From: Leucoraja erinacea
Taxonomy: Eukaryota
Assembly (NCBI RefSeq): GCF_028641065.1
Contig: NC_073379.1
Span: forward strand, 33,046,001-33,110,000
DNA: 64,000 bases
Direction: 5' to 3'
Part shown: positions 12,698-25,793 of the stretch, piece by piece
Layout of the letters: each line of letters starts with the position of its first letter
Position numbering within the stretch: position 1 is the first letter of the stretch
The notes under the pieces: generated by a model
Database searches by the model: none
What the model was told of the DNA's origin: nothing
What the model saw: only the letters and a program-made list of their open reading frames with translations
Position numbers and translations under genes: made by a program

Positions 12698-12778
<81 letters not shown>
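12698..12778. repeat. (CA)n microsatellite within an old minus-strand CR1 tail
   Basis: about 40 uninterrupted CA units. Confidence 0.97.
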
Positions 12779-12779
<1 letters not shown>

Positions 12780-13559
12780 CAACAATCGACAATCTATCTG
12801 TCTCTGCTTTAGAAATATTCAATGGCTCCTCTTCCTCAACCATTAGAGTAAAGAAGTTTCAACGATTCTTAACCCTCAGAGTTATCTTCTCTAAGGTGGC
12901 AAATTACCAGATCAAATAATTACACAACATTTCAGATTCTCCAACAAGTGGAAGCATTCTCTCGTCATCCACCCTCAGTGTGTCAGGTTGCATGTTTCAA
13001 TTAATTCCCTTCTCACTCTTCTAAACTCCACCAAGTACAACCCTTGCCTGTCTAATATTTGTTCATGGGACAACCCAGCTAATGCAGGTATTAATCCAGT
13101 ACGCCATCTCACAATTTCAATATATTCATATTTTTCCTCATTGTACACATTATTGGTACATTATTGGCTGTGTTTACCTTCCACATAAACCTCTTGTCAT
13201 TTCTTATATGCATAATCAATCATAAAGAGAGGCGAAAGAAGGCTTGAAATAAGAAACAGACAGAGGGCATCATTGTGGTGCAGCAAGTAGTGCTACCGCC
13301 TCACGGCTCCAGAAAACTTCAATCCTGACCTCAGGAGTTGTCATTACAGAATTTAGATGTTTCCCCGTGTAACAGCATGGGTGTCCGCTGGATGCTCAGG
13401 TTTCCTTCGACATTCCAAAAGTGTGATGAATGGTAAGTTTTCTGTCGTAAATTTCTGCTGGGGTAAGTGAGATCAGAAGGAAGGGAAGTGATGGCAAGAG
13501 GAAAAATGGATTTGGCATAAATGTGTCCTCTTTTGTTGGTGAAAATGCCATACTCAAGG

Positions 13560-14800
13560 GGATTGTTTCTCTGCTAAGGACTCTTTGGTTGGCGGAAAAT
13601 CCTGGCATTGCCATCAATACTGATGGCTCTTCTTCAGAGGAAACAGTATACCTTAACCATATGGGTATTTTAATGGCTCCCATGATGTCATTGTGAATAA
13701 ATGCTTCCTAATATCTGGACTGGTATTGCCATTGTCATGCAAGTAGGTTATGTCATTGTCGCATTGCTTTCATGTGTTCCTGACATGTATTCAGGGTGAC
13801 CTGATCACCATTGGCTAGAGTGGGTTTCGGCTTCAGAGTTCATCACCATCTTCATCCAAACGTACACAGAAGAGATGAAATCCTGAGATTAGGTGAGAGC
13901 GATTGTCGCAAACATCAAAGCAATGTTAGACTGAGTGTAGCATCAAGGCACCCAAGTGATGTCAAATGGCATCCTTTACTGGAGACCTGCCTTGCAAATG
14001 GAACAGTGGTTTGCTTGTTGAGAAACTTTGTTGCAGGAGATCCTCAGTTCAGTGGCCTGGGTCCAACCATCTTCTGATTCATCAATAGACAATCGGTGCA
14101 GGAGTAGGCCATTCGGCCCTTCGAGCCAGCACGGCCATACAATGTGATCATGGCTGATCATCCACAATCAGTACCCCGTTCCTGCCTTCTCCCCATATCC
14201 CTGGACTCGGCTATCTTTAAGAACTGTATCTAATCACCTTCATTCTATCATGTCAGAAATGGGGATATTCCTGATGATAGCACATGTTCAGCTCCATTTA
14301 GCAATTCCTCAGTAGACAGTCATATAGACTTACTGCATGGAAACAGGCCCTTCAGCCCACACCGGCCAATACATCTAATCTACACGAGTCCCACCTGCCT
14401 GCATTTGGCCTATATCCCTCTATATCTGCTCTAGCCATGTAGCTGTCTAAATGTTTCTTAAAAAATTGCAAGAGTATCTGCCTCAACTACCTCCTTCAGC
14501 AGTTCATTCGATAAATCCACCAACCTTTGTGTGAAAAAGTGACCGGTAGCATCCATGCCACAAAAGGATTGGACAATGACCATATCCAGTGTAAGAGAGC
14601 CTAACCATTTTTCATTAATCTTCGTTGATAAGGTTACGAATAATGACTGTGGCTGGAAGACTTGGCACAGGCTGAGACTCCACCTGACACATTCTAACCA
14701 CACCCTCCATCATTCACATCTCCCCCTTAAGCAATTATACCATCTATAACACCCAAGTCAGGAGTGTGATGAGCACAACTTCAATATTACAAATCCAACT
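13560..14800 (+). mobile_element. ancient CR1-group LINE RT remnant interrupted by younger CR1 tails (14085-14230, 14320-14545, minus strand)
   Basis: GGAGATCCTCAGTTCAGTGGCCTGGGTCCAACCATCTTC (degenerate GVPQGSVLGP) at ~14036, resuming with GGGGATATTCCTGATGATAGC (degenerate FADD) at ~14261. Confidence 0.55.
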
Positions 14801-14879
14801 CCAAATTCAGAAGCTCAGTTAAGCTTATAGGACTTGATATTACAAACCCTACTATAATTGGCACCTTCTTAATATCTTG

Positions 14880-15830
14880 AGTGGGGGTATGGGGTAAATA
14901 CTTAATTGGGGTCATCAGGTGGGCACCCTCCTTCCTTGGTGTTTTGTTGATCGGCCCACGACATCTCCAGAGGGCTCAACAGCAACACTTGGCGTCCCAG
15001 GTGCGCTCCCCTCTGTTTTACCCCTCTTGCTGGTCATTTTGCAGCCTAGTTGGAGTCCTTCCTCTTCAGCCACAGCCAGTTGCTGCTTCGCTTGGCAGCC
15101 TCTGACAGTGACCTGAAGGCTGGCCGGAACTTCCATTCCTTCAGGCGTCTGGTTGCTGACTTGGCTACAAACCCTCTACAACCAACCTCTACAGGGAGTA
15201 CCTGGGTACACCAGCTGCGTTGTTCTGCCTCGGCTGCTAAGTCTGAATACTTTAGACATTTGCGTTCATGTGCTTCATCAACTGCAGCCTCCCAAGGCAC
15301 AGTTAATCCATCGTGTACAGGGACTTCTGTGAAGTTGACCACAAGATCAGGTCCGGCCTGAGATTAGTTGTGATGATCTCTGGTGGAAAGATAAACTTCT
15401 GGTCTAGATCAGCCTGCATTTTCCAGTCCTGGGCAGTGCCCAGTAGGGTTGGTTCCTTTCTTGCAAATGGCTTCTCTGGAAGTTGTCCTGCCTTTACAAA
15501 AGGGGTGGTGTTCGAAAAAACAGGCGTTGGTGGAAGGAGGGCATTGGTGGTAGTTCTCCTTCCTTCCAAGGTAATCGCCAGTTGTCGTAGGCCCTGATTG
15601 TGCCTCCAGGTGGAGCGGCCTTGTGAAAGACTGGTTTTGCAGCCAGTGAGGATGTGCCTTAATGTTGCTGGGGTTTGGCAGAGAGCAGGATGGATCTTCT
15701 CCAAGCCACTAGTTTAGGTTCTTGGGTGTGGGAAGAACATCGTAGGTGGCTCTGATGATGAAGCTAAGACGACTTCCTTCCATCTCCCGCAGATCCTTCC
15801 AGGTAAGCTTACGATGCTCCAGGTTTCAAA
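14880..15830 (-). mobile_element. Hero-clade non-LTR retrotransposon 3' fragment (zinc knuckle plus restriction-like endonuclease)
   Basis: LCQTPATLRHILTGC knuckle, TWRHNQ, RPDLILWS, LTVPWE, EAHERKCLKY, VEVGCRGF in ORFs 15303-15704 and 15046-15342. Confidence 0.88.
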
Positions 15831-15939
15831 ACTATCCAGGACAAATAACCTTCTTGAATAGGAGTCTTCTTCCTAAAACCTGGAATTCTTTCCATGACAT
15901 TCTGGGAACATATTCTGGACAGCACAAATGTAACAGCTA

Positions 15940-16230
15940 GTAGTGCTGCACCAGATACCCGGGTTGGATTCTTACCTCGGGTGCTCCCTGTGCGGAGTTT
16001 GAAAGTTCCCCCTGTGACCACAGGGGTTTCTCCCGAGTGCTCTGGTTTCCTCCCACATCCCGGCTGGTTTGCAGGCTAATAAGCCCATGTAAATTGCCCC
16101 TAGAGTGCAGGAAGTGGGAAAGTGGGATAACATTGAACAAGTGAGAATGGGTGATCGACAGCTGTTGCAGGCAAGGTAGGCCGAAGTTCTTGTTTCCATG
16201 CTGTATCCCTGAACTAAACTAAAGTAAACT
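15940..16230 (+). mobile_element. tRNA-derived SINE (HE1/V-SINE-like)
   Basis: CCGGGTTGGATTC B-box remnant, GGAGTTTG..GTTCCCCCTGTGACC..GGGTTTCTCCCGAGTGCTCTGGTTTCCTCCCACATCC domain, (AACTA)n-like tail. Confidence 0.75.
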
Positions 16231-18204
16231 CATTTGGCAGTAGGACTATAGAAGATGACAGCTCATCACCACTTCCTCAAAGGCAATTAGAGGTGGGCAA
16301 TAAATATTAGGAAATGGAAAAATAAAATTTTGCAGAACGGTAAATCTGAAATAAAAAAAACAGGAAATCCTAAAGGTTCTTAGCAGGTATGGCAGCATCT
16401 GTAGGAGAAATACAGTTAACATTCAAGGTCAGAGACCCTTCTTCAGAAGAATCTTTGTGCTTATCAGTGATATATATATCTGATATAAAGGAATAAAACC
16501 AATTAGAAAAGTCACTTTCTAAATGCAAGCCTGTTGCAGTTGATCAGTCAATTCCTTTCAGACTGTGGTTGGCTGTTTACCAGCTTCCAGGTGTTTCCCT
16601 TTTAAAGTTAGCGTTGTTGATTTTTTTCAAGTATCAAAACTGTAATAATCACAGTTTAAAACAAATGGCACATTTGGTTACTTGTTCATTTCTCCCTGTG
16701 AGGTTAATTCTCATCCAGAGACCTGAACGCAAAATCCATCCTGAAGGCTCAGGGGAATAATTTTAGATGGAATTGCCTTTCAGATGAATCAATAAAACAA
16801 TGGGCGCTCTGTGTTCTCGCTGTTGGATGTGGAGAATCTGGAGGCATTGTAATGAAAAATCAGATGGGGTGTTCTCTTTTGACCAATATTTATATTTCTC
16901 AGAATAACAATTTTTCTGGTCATCATGACATTGCTGATAATGTTGTATTCCCATGTGTTAATTAGCTTCATTGTATTTTTACAAGCTGTCACTCTATTCT
17001 GAAAAAAAGATAGCTTGAACAAAACAAAGCACATGATTTCGCTGAAGATTATTTTCACAACTATAATAACATTTTAGACTCGGGAATCAAAAATACATTT
17101 TTTTCATTTGCTCTTGCAGAAAATTAAGATGAAAGATCAATAATAATAATTGATTATTTTTGCCTATAGAATAAATAATTAAAAATGTTGTAAACATCAC
17201 ATCCATGACTGTCTGATCCTTGTAACATCCACAGTTTTTTGTATTTGCAATTAATATGAAGCACTTGGAAAAGGGGATAGAAGGTTAGCTGAGAGTTACA
17301 TGAGAATGCTTTGGAGAAGGTCCATGGGGAACCTAATTACAACTGAAAAATAGCCAGAATTGTATATACTACATGTTTTATTCTAATGGTTATTAAACAC
17401 TTTGATCATGAAGCATACATACCCTGCTGCGGACCATTCATCAGAGCGTGAATTCATTACAGTGCTATTGATCCTATAGTTTGCACATTCACAAGATCAT
17501 GTTACACATTAAACAAGATGTCATGAAACCATACTCTCCTCCCTGGTATCCCCAGCAATGAATCGACCATGGCTCAGTATAGAGAAACTGCCTTCGGGAG
17601 ATGGTTTTGGATGGGCAAGGGTGAGCAATGCAACCACTCAGCAGCACGATGTGGCATTGAGGGGTGTACCCTGACTGAGGCAGTGAGCACTGCCGTTGCT
17701 GGTAGCACCTTGGACAGACTGCATGGTTCCCTTGGTCTCTCTCTCCATCTCTTATTAAATGCAATGGAAACTGATATTTTCCAAGTTCTCTCCATACTGG
17801 AGATACCGCTGCAGTAACAAGCTCAACAGTGTTTGTTTGACTATTGAGGTTCTTTCCACAGAAACACTGAATAGCTCACCTGCTATAGTTTCATTTGTCT
17901 ATATCCAAGGAGTTTATATGAGGATCACTGACCTCATCTTTAGGGTGTGTGTCATTATGAAGGCTGAGAGTGACCAATCACTTGGATTCAGCAAAAATAT
18001 TTTAACTGGAAGTGCCACTGAGATTGTCTGAAGAATTGTATATTCAGGCCGGGTAAGGTTGGAAACAGACTTGAATGCAGTGTTGTTCATCAAAGCACGT
18101 TGAAGTTCCTTGCATCAGATCAAACTGAGCATCTGAAATCATATCCAGCTGGAGAAAAGGAGATAATGTAGACAAGAACACAAATAAAAACAGAAGCACA
18201 CAAC

Positions 18205-18778
18205 ATTGTGGTCCACACCTGGAGTATTGCGTACAGTTTTGGTCTCCACATCTGAGGAAGGACATTATTGCCATAAAGGGAGTGCAGAGAAGGTTCACCA
18301 GACTGATTCCTGGGATGTCAGGACTGTCTTATGAAGAAAGACTGGATAGACTTGGTTTATACTCTCTAGAATTTAGGAGATTGAGAGGGGATCTTATAGA
18401 AACATACAAAATTCTTAAGGGGTTGGACAGGCTAGATGCAGGAAGATTGCTCCCAATGTTGGGGAAGTCCAGGACAAGGGGTCACAGCTTAAGGATAAGG
18501 GGGAAATCCTTTAAAACCGAGATGAGAAGAACTTTTTTCACACAGAGAGTGGTGAGTCTCTGGAACTCTCTGCCACAGAAGGTAGTCGAGGCCAGTTCAT
18601 TGGCTATATTTAAGAGGGAGTTAGATGTGGCCCTTGTGGCTAAGGGGATCAGAGGGTATGGAGAGAAGGCAGGTACGGGATACTGAGTTGGATGATCAGC
18701 CATGATCATATTGAATGGCGGTGCAGGTTCGAAGGGCCGAATGGCCTACTCCTGCACCTAATTTCTATGTTTCTATTT
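18205..18778 (+). mobile_element. young CR1 (HER1-like) 3' fragment
   Basis: ORF 18282-18686 (QRRFTRLIPGM..YEERLDRLGLYSLEFRRLRGDLIE..TRGHSL..FFTQRVV) plus full 3' tail; close to the copies at 42926-43486 and 23034-23547. Confidence 0.95.
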
Positions 18779-19706
18779 AGCTAAAGCCTCAATGTTTCTT
18801 CTGTGCTAGAATTATACTCTTTACTTCCATGATCTTTCAAATATTTATCTACCTCCACTTTAAATTCTACCATTGATCTGGTCTCTAATGATCTTCTGGG
18901 GTAGAGAATTCTAGCAATTCACTATCTTCTGGGAGGAAATTCCTCTGTACCTCAGTTTGAACTGACCGACTCTTTATTTTGTGACTATGTCCTTCAACTC
19001 TCTCCCTCTTGTCATCTACCCTGTCATATCCCCTTAGGATCTTATATGTCTTCATTCATCTGAATTTAAAAGCATTCAGATCCAATCTGCTGGGTCACTT
19101 TTGATAGACAATTCTCTCATCACAGGAATTAGCCTGGTGTATCTTCTTAAGTTGTCTTCAATGTTATTATATTTGTTCTTATGCAATACTCTAGCATGCC
19201 TGCACCAATACCCTGTACAATCACAATAAAAGTTCCCAATTTCTAAACTCCATTTGCTTTCTTAATTACTTGCTGCAACTGCCTGCTAACTTTGAGATTC
19301 ATTCACAAGAATACTTGATCCCTCTGTTGATCATACATTTGCAATCCCTTTTCCAGTTAGATAATATACTGCCTTTAGATTACTCTTCATGATATATACC
19401 ATCTCATACTATCCTATATTAAATACCAATTGACTCACCCATACATATCGTCTATATTGGACGACAGATGGCACATGGGCTAAGTTATGGCACCCATTCA
19501 TTCGAATCTCTCATCTATATACCCGTTGTGTCCAGCACACTCCCTTTGCAGGTGTAAATGTAATGTAATAATAATTTGGGGTCAATGCAAGTTGACTAAA
19601 AATGTGCTATATAAATAAGATTATTATTATTATTATTATTATATAACCCAATAATCAGCACAGTCCATCAGGATAAACAGTAATAATAAGAGATGATCAA
19701 ACAAGT

Positions 19707-20468
19707 AAATGGTAGGGAATTGAAGAATACTGTTGAACAGAGGGATCTGGGTATAACCGTGCATAGTTCCTTGAAGGTGGAATCTCATATAGATAGGGTG
19801 GTAAAGAAAGCTTTTGGTATGCTAGCCTTTATAAATCAGAGCATTGAGTATAGAAGCTGGGATGTAATGTTAAAATTGTACAAGGCATTGGTGAGACCAA
19901 ATCTGGAGTATGGTGTACAATTTTGGTCGCCCAATTATAGGAAGGATGTCAACAAAATAGAGAGAGTACAGAGGAGATTTACTAGAATGTTGCCTGGGTT
20001 TCAACAACTAAGTTACAGAGATAGGTTGAATAAGTTAGGTCTTTATTCTCTGGAGCGCAGAAGGTTAAGGGGGGACTTGATAGAGGTCTTTAAAATGATG
20101 AGAGGGGATAGACAGAGTTGATGTGGACAAGCTTTTCCCTTTGAGAATAGGGAAGATTCAAACAAGAGGACATGACTTCAGAATTAAGGGACAGAAGTTT
20201 AGGGGTAACATGAGGGGAAACTTCTTTACTCAGAGAGTGGTAGCGGTGTGGAATGAGCTTCCAGTGGAAGTGGTGTCGGCAGGTTCATTGGTATCATTTA
20301 AAAATAAATTGGATATGCATATGGATGAGAAGTGAATGGAGGGTTATGGTATGAGTGCAGGCAGGTGGGACTAAGGGAAAAAAAAGTTGTTCGGCACGGA
20401 CTTGTCGGGCCGAGATGGCCTGTTTCCGTGCTGTAATTGTTATATGGTTATATGGTTATATGTTATAT
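19707..20468 (+). mobile_element. CR1 LINE 3' fragment of a second subfamily with a (TGGTTATA)n tail
   Basis: ORF 19693-20121 (RDLGI..LYKALVRPNLEYGVQFWSP..ERRRLRGDLIE) and 20123-20335 (TRGH..FFTQRVV). Confidence 0.95.
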
Positions 20469-21574
20469 GATTACTAAACAATGACCAATTTCCAATCTAT
20501 GCTGATAAACTTCCTCCCGACTTACTCTCATTCACCACTGTCTGTGTGACCTTGTCAAATGCCTTATAGAAGTCCAAATACTCCATACATGCTGGGCTCC
20601 CATTACCTGTTTTGCTTATTTCATACTCACAGAGAACTATTGGAAATGCACTGAAGTTATGGCAGATCCAGCAGTCTACATCTTCCATTTCCTCATGTAG
20701 TTGGATGACTGGGAGTTAAAAATCAATTAACATGCTAGAGCTCACCGTGCTCCTACATTTTTAGTTAAAACAAGGAACAAGCTTTTCATGTTGTGAAATC
20801 GGAATATGATACGTTTACTTTCAAAACTAACTACTTTGCTCAGAAAATGTGCAGTCAATAATGATCAGCACAGTCCCTCAGGATAAACAGCAATAATAAG
20901 AGATGATCAAACAAGTCTGCTTTCATTATGCATCTGCTGCAAAATAACTAGTAATAGATTTGGTTCATGGAAAATGGTTCAGTTTGCATACAGAATTTAA
21001 TATAAGTGGCCATGCATTATTTAATTAGCATATCTAAAAATGAATTAAAGGACAAAAAGAGAATTGCAATATAATTGTTACCTGCAAACACAACATAATG
21101 TGTAAGCAAAAAGCCTTTTTTTGAGCAGGGAAATCTGATAGGAAGTAGACTCAAGCATGAGGGCTATATTTTGAGCTGCGTTCCTATACTACAACTATGT
21201 TGTAATTCCGTATACGTTTGCTAAGAGTTCACTTGCAATTCAACTGAGGGATAATAGTTGAAAAGAACTGGCACCATTTCAGGTTCCTATGGGATTCAGA
21301 ACATGAGGATAGGAATTAGGCCAATAGCTTTGGCATAGATTCCTGTGCAGGTAAAAAAAAAAGGCACAACTCTTCTTCCCTGGATAAGATCGGTGGGGTG
21401 AATTTGAAAGAGCAATAGATATATTTATATCATAAGAAGTCCACTAGATAGCTTCTTATTTAAATTCTTATTTAAATGTCATAGACAATGATCATGATTA
21501 TTGTTATTATTGCACTATTATTGTTTGTTTTTTATGCTCATATATATATATATATGATCTTTATTTGTTGGAAG

Positions 21575-21765
21575 GAACTGCAGATGCTTGTTTAAACCAA
21601 AAATGGACACAAAAAGCTGGAGTATCTCAGCGGGGCAGGCAGCATCTCTGGAGAGAAGGAATGTGTGACGTTTTAGGTCGACACCCTTCTTCAGACTGAG
21701 AGTCAGGGGAAAAGGAAACATGGGATATAGACGGTGATGTAGAGAGATATAGAACACATGAATAA
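21575..21765 (-). mobile_element. Penelope 3'/pLTR fragment
   Basis: GAAGGAACTGCAGATGCT...GCTGGAGTATCTCAGCGG..GCAGCATCTCTGGAGAG..GACGTTTTAGGTCGACACCCTTCTTCAGACTGA; colinear with 10180-10330. Confidence 0.75.
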
Positions 21766-21879
21766 AATGATTTTTCACATTCTACTATTTTCTCACATTA
21801 GCATGAAAGGCTAGAGACTTGTCTTCACAGTAAAGTGTAACTTCACCTGAAAGTTGCTAGTTTCATTTGTTATGAGAAA

Positions 21880-22152
21880 GACTATTTTCTCCAGGAGGAC
21901 AAGATCCCATAGGTTTAAGGTGAAGAGGAAAAGATTTAATAGGAACTTTTTCACACTGGTGGGTATATGGAACAAGCTGCCAGAGAAGGTATCCCAATGT
22001 TTTAGAAACAGATTGACAGGTACATGGATAGGACAGGTTTGGAGGGATACGGGTCAAACACAAGCAGATGGGACTGGTGTAGCTGGGACGTGTTGGCCGG
22101 TGTGGGCAAGTAGTTGGCCAAAGGGCCTGTTTCCATGCTGTATGACTATGAC
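21880..22152 (+). mobile_element. CR1 3' fragment
   Basis: CATAGGTTTAAGGTGA..GGAACTTTTTCACAC..TGGAACAAGCTGCCAGAG and tail GGCCAAAGGGCCTGTTTCCATGCTGTATGACTATGACT. Confidence 0.8.
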
Positions 22153-22319
22153 TAGATTCCATTTGTTCAAAAAAGCAGAGAACTAAATGGCTCATTCTGC
22201 TACTTTTAAGTGTTACTAGACCAAGTGCAGACCCGTTGGGTCTGTATCCCCAACGGCGTTTACGGGGGTGGGGGGCTGCGGCATCACACTCACATTAACC
22301 ACCCCCCAAACACACAGGT

Positions 22320-23033
22320 GGGGGGAGGGGGGGTAAGAAGAGGGAAGGGATGGGAGAGGAGGAGGAGGAAAAGGGACAGATTTGGGGGGGAAAAAGGAGA
22401 GCGGGGTAGGGGGTGAGAGAGCGGGATGTGGAGAGAGATGTGGGGGAGGGGGGGATGGGGAGGGAGGGAGGGAGGGGGGGGGGGGGAGAGGGGTGGGGGG
22501 GGGGAGAGAGGGAAAGAGTGGGGAGGGAGAGTGGAGGGGGAAGGGGGGGGGGAGAGGTGGAAGAGTGGGGAGGGTAGGAGGAGGAGGGTGTAGGGGGAGT
22601 GATGGAAGAGGGACAGAGGGGTAGGAGGAAGGGGGTGGGTGGAGAGAGGGAAGGGGTGGGGTAGAGAGGGAAGAGGGTTGGGGGAGAGAGGGGTGGGAGA
22701 AGGAGAGGGGTGAGGAGAGGAAGAGGCGGAGAGAAGGGGGATAGAAGTGGAAGAGTGTGGAGGGAGGGAGGGGTAGAGGGGTAGCGGGAGGGGTGGAAAA
22801 GGGACGGGGGAGTGGTGGAAGAGGGACAGAGGGGTAGGGGAAGGGGTGGGGAGAGAGAGGTGTGGGGGAGGGAGGGGGTGGGGTAAGGGGATAGAAGTGG
22901 AAGAGTGGGGAGGGAAGGGGAGGGGGAGTGGTGGAAGAGGGACAGAGGGGTAGGTGGAAGGGGGTGTGGTAGAGAGGGAAGGGGGGTGGAGGAGAGAGGG
23001 ATGGCTGGGAGAGGGAGAGGGGTGAGGTGGGGA
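22320..23033 (+). repeat. polypurine (G/A) degenerate minisatellite inside the Helitron
   Basis: nearly all G/A; recurring units GGGGAGTGRTGGAAGAGGGACAGAGGGGTAGG (~22593, 22807, 22923) and GGGGATAGAAGTGGAAGAGTG (~22737, 22887). Confidence 0.9.
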
Positions 23034-23547
23034 AACATAGAAATTAAGTGCAGGAGTAGGCCATTCGGCCCTTCGAGCCTGCTCCACCATTCAATATGAT
23101 CATGGCTGATCATCCAACTCAGTATCCTGTACCTGCCTTCTCTCCATACCCCCTGATCCCTTTAGCCGCAAGGGCCACTTCTAACTCCCTCTTAAATATA
23201 GCCAATGAACTGTCCTCAACTACCTTCTGTGCCAGTGAATTCCAGAGATTCACCACTCTCTGTGTGAAAAATGTTTTTCTCATCTCGGTCATAAAAGATT
23301 TACCCCTTATCCTTAAGCTGTGACCTCTTGTTCTGGACTTCCTCAACATCTGGACCAATCTTCCTGCATCTAGCCTGTCCAACCACTTAAGAATGGTGTA
23401 GGTTTCTATAAGATACCCCCTCAATCTTCTAAAATTTAGCGAGTACAAGGCGAGTCTATCCAGTCTTTATTCATAATGAAAGTCCTGACATCCCAGGAAT
23501 CAGTCTGGTGAACCTTCTCTGTACTCCCTCTATGGCAACAATGTCTT
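23034..23547 (-). mobile_element. young CR1 (HER1-like) 3' fragment
   Basis: ORF 23119-23448 (YSLNFRRLRGYLIETY..TRGHSLRIRG..FFTQRVVNLWNSL) plus tail. Confidence 0.93.
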
Positions 23548-23745
23548 TCAGCATTGGGCATTGTGACATCACACGATGGAACGTTCACCAGGTGCTGGGG
23601 CTCCTGCAAAGGCATATGTAAATGAATCCATTCCGATTGGACATCTGTGAGCATCAGGCATTGTGACATCACACAATGGGAACGAATCAAAATGCAGAAA
23701 GGCAGCCGGACGGACGGCAGGCGACAGGCACACACTTTTATATAT

Positions 23746-23746
<1 letters not shown>

Positions 23747-23802
<56 letters not shown>
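23747..23802. repeat. (AGAT)n microsatellite
   Basis: about 14 AGAT units abutting the Helitron 5' end. Confidence 0.95.
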
Positions 23803-23804
<2 letters not shown>

Positions 23805-25777
23805 GCATTGAAGAATTCAATTTTTATTTCAATTCAGTATTTGCTTTTTATTATATTTTTTATTTATATTTTTATTATATTTTAATCATACGTCAGCATG
23901 TCATGTTGGATGCACTTGTAGTGTCTTTGTCATTTGGTCATACATTAACAACACCTAGCATTCAAAGTCACAATCTAAACTAATGTGCTATATTGTTAAA
24001 ATGCTCATCCTTCAGCTAGATGGCTAACAATTTGCCCATTCTAGAATGTTTCAGGTTGGTGTGAAGCATCACGTAACAATATGCTGAAAAGGATCTGGGA
24101 AGTTTACCAGATGTTTTGGCCAAAGTTCTAATAGCTCTAACCACAACAGCTTTAGCAGTGCATTGTAAGTTATTGTATGTCCAGTTTTTCAGTATTATCA
24201 AGAGATACTTCAATTCAGTGGCAATTTTCCATGCAGGTTCAAAATTCTTCATGTGTAGTCAAAGTCTGACATTTCAAGGATCATGTCTCATTATTTATTC
24301 ATCACACTTCCTCTCCAGCTCAGATTTACAAATTATAAGAAGTAGCATTGGATCAATCTCCTCATCCTTCCTTCATTGACTCGTTGCACCTAGAGAGGCT
24401 AATGTACTGGAAAGGGCTGAGTTTGCAGGATAAAGAGATAACACTCCATAAGTTGGAACTCGCAGTTTATCGGGTTGGAGACGGCGTGCGCAGGCGTGTT
24501 CCGGTGAGCCCTAGGTGGGAAGGTGGTGGACCACTCCATGATGGGCCGGGGCGTGAGCAACCCTGGGAAGTCGGCGAGCAGGGCTGTGAAATGTTGCTGG
24601 ATCTCAGCTACATCGTCGAATTGCTGTAGGGGTGTTGACGGATTGTACGGCTTGGCAGGGCATGGGCCCGACACAGGGACCATGCGTCCACCTCGCACAT
24701 CGACTAACAGGGAGAACGCGCACAAGAAATCGGCCCCCAGGATCGGTTGGGCGACGTCAGCAACGATAAACTTCCACCTGTACTGGCGGGAGTCGAAATT
24801 TAGGTTCGCGGTCCGCGTACTGTAAGTGCGAATATCACTCTTGTTAACAGCCGAAAGGACAGGTCCTATCTTACCGGAGCGAATATCTCGGGCGCTCGGA
24901 GGCAGGATACTGGCCTGGGCACCGAAGTCCACCATGAAACGGTGACCGGAATGGCGATTGCGGACGTAGAGGCGTTCGTTTGGGCCAATCGCGTTTGCCG
25001 CTATGGACGATCGGCCAGGGCATTTCCCGGATATGAGCAGGGGCTCTGACATCTTCAGGCTTCGGGTCCGTGTCGTTGGTGGTAGTAGCACCATCTGCGT
25101 TGACAGTAGACCACTGGCCACAGTGATTCTTCTTCGGTGCTGGGCTGGGTCTCTTCTTCCTCCCCTTGATGTCGGCTCAGCTGCACCCATTGTGTGACCA
25201 GGGGGCGGGCGAAAGCAAAAACGTCCCACAGCCTGTGCGCCCACAGTTCGTCAGCTCTCTCTGCAAGTTGTTGCGGGTCGCTGAAATCAGCTCCGGTGAG
25301 CATTAGCTGGACTTCATCAGGCATCTGCTCTAGGAACGCCTGTTCGAAAAGCAGACATGGGCGATGCCCGTCCATCAGGGCTAACATATTCGCCATGATG
25401 GTTTATGGCCTCCTGTCGCCGACACAGTCCATGTGCAGCAGCCTCGCTGCCCTGTCTCTGCGGCTGAGACCGTAAGTGTGGAACAACAGGGCCTTCAGCC
25501 CTTTGTATTTGCCGATGGACGGCAGGTCCCTGATGTAGGGCAACAGCCTCGAGGCACAGTCCTGCAGCAATGCCCCCACCACATGGAAATACATTGTGTC
25601 GTCCGCCAAGATGCAATGAAGGTGGAACTGTGCCTCAACGTGGGCAAACCACACCTGAGGTTGATCAGGCCAAAAGGCTGGCTGTTTGAAGGCCGGTGAG
25701 CCCTGCCTCATGCTGGCTGATTCTGCCAGAACCCTCTTTTCCTGCATAATTCTTCTTGTTTAACGACGGCTAGACAG

Positions 25778-25790
25778 GTCGGGGTCACCA
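25778..25790 (-). promoter_or_regulatory. primer-binding site complementary to the tRNA-Trp 3' end
   Basis: minus-strand TGGTGACCCCGAC is the complement of vertebrate tRNA-Trp ...GTCGGGGTCACCA. Confidence 0.8.
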
Positions 25791-25793
25791 ATT

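Larger units (their letters stand above)
22216..23749 (-). mobile_element. non-autonomous Helitron with a CR1 inserted inside
   Basis: Minus strand starts A|TCTAATATATAAAA and ends GGTCTAG|T; hairpin CAGACCC-GTT-GGGTCTG (22228-22244) about 12 nt from the CTAG end; no TSD. Confidence 0.78.

Noticed and set aside
12581-12843. CVCVCV/HTHTHT ORFs
   Set aside because: (CA)n microsatellite
22290-23113. 266-272 aa Pro/Ser/Leu-rich ORFs
   Set aside because: Translation of a polypyrimidine strand that lacks stop codons, fused to a CR1 tail
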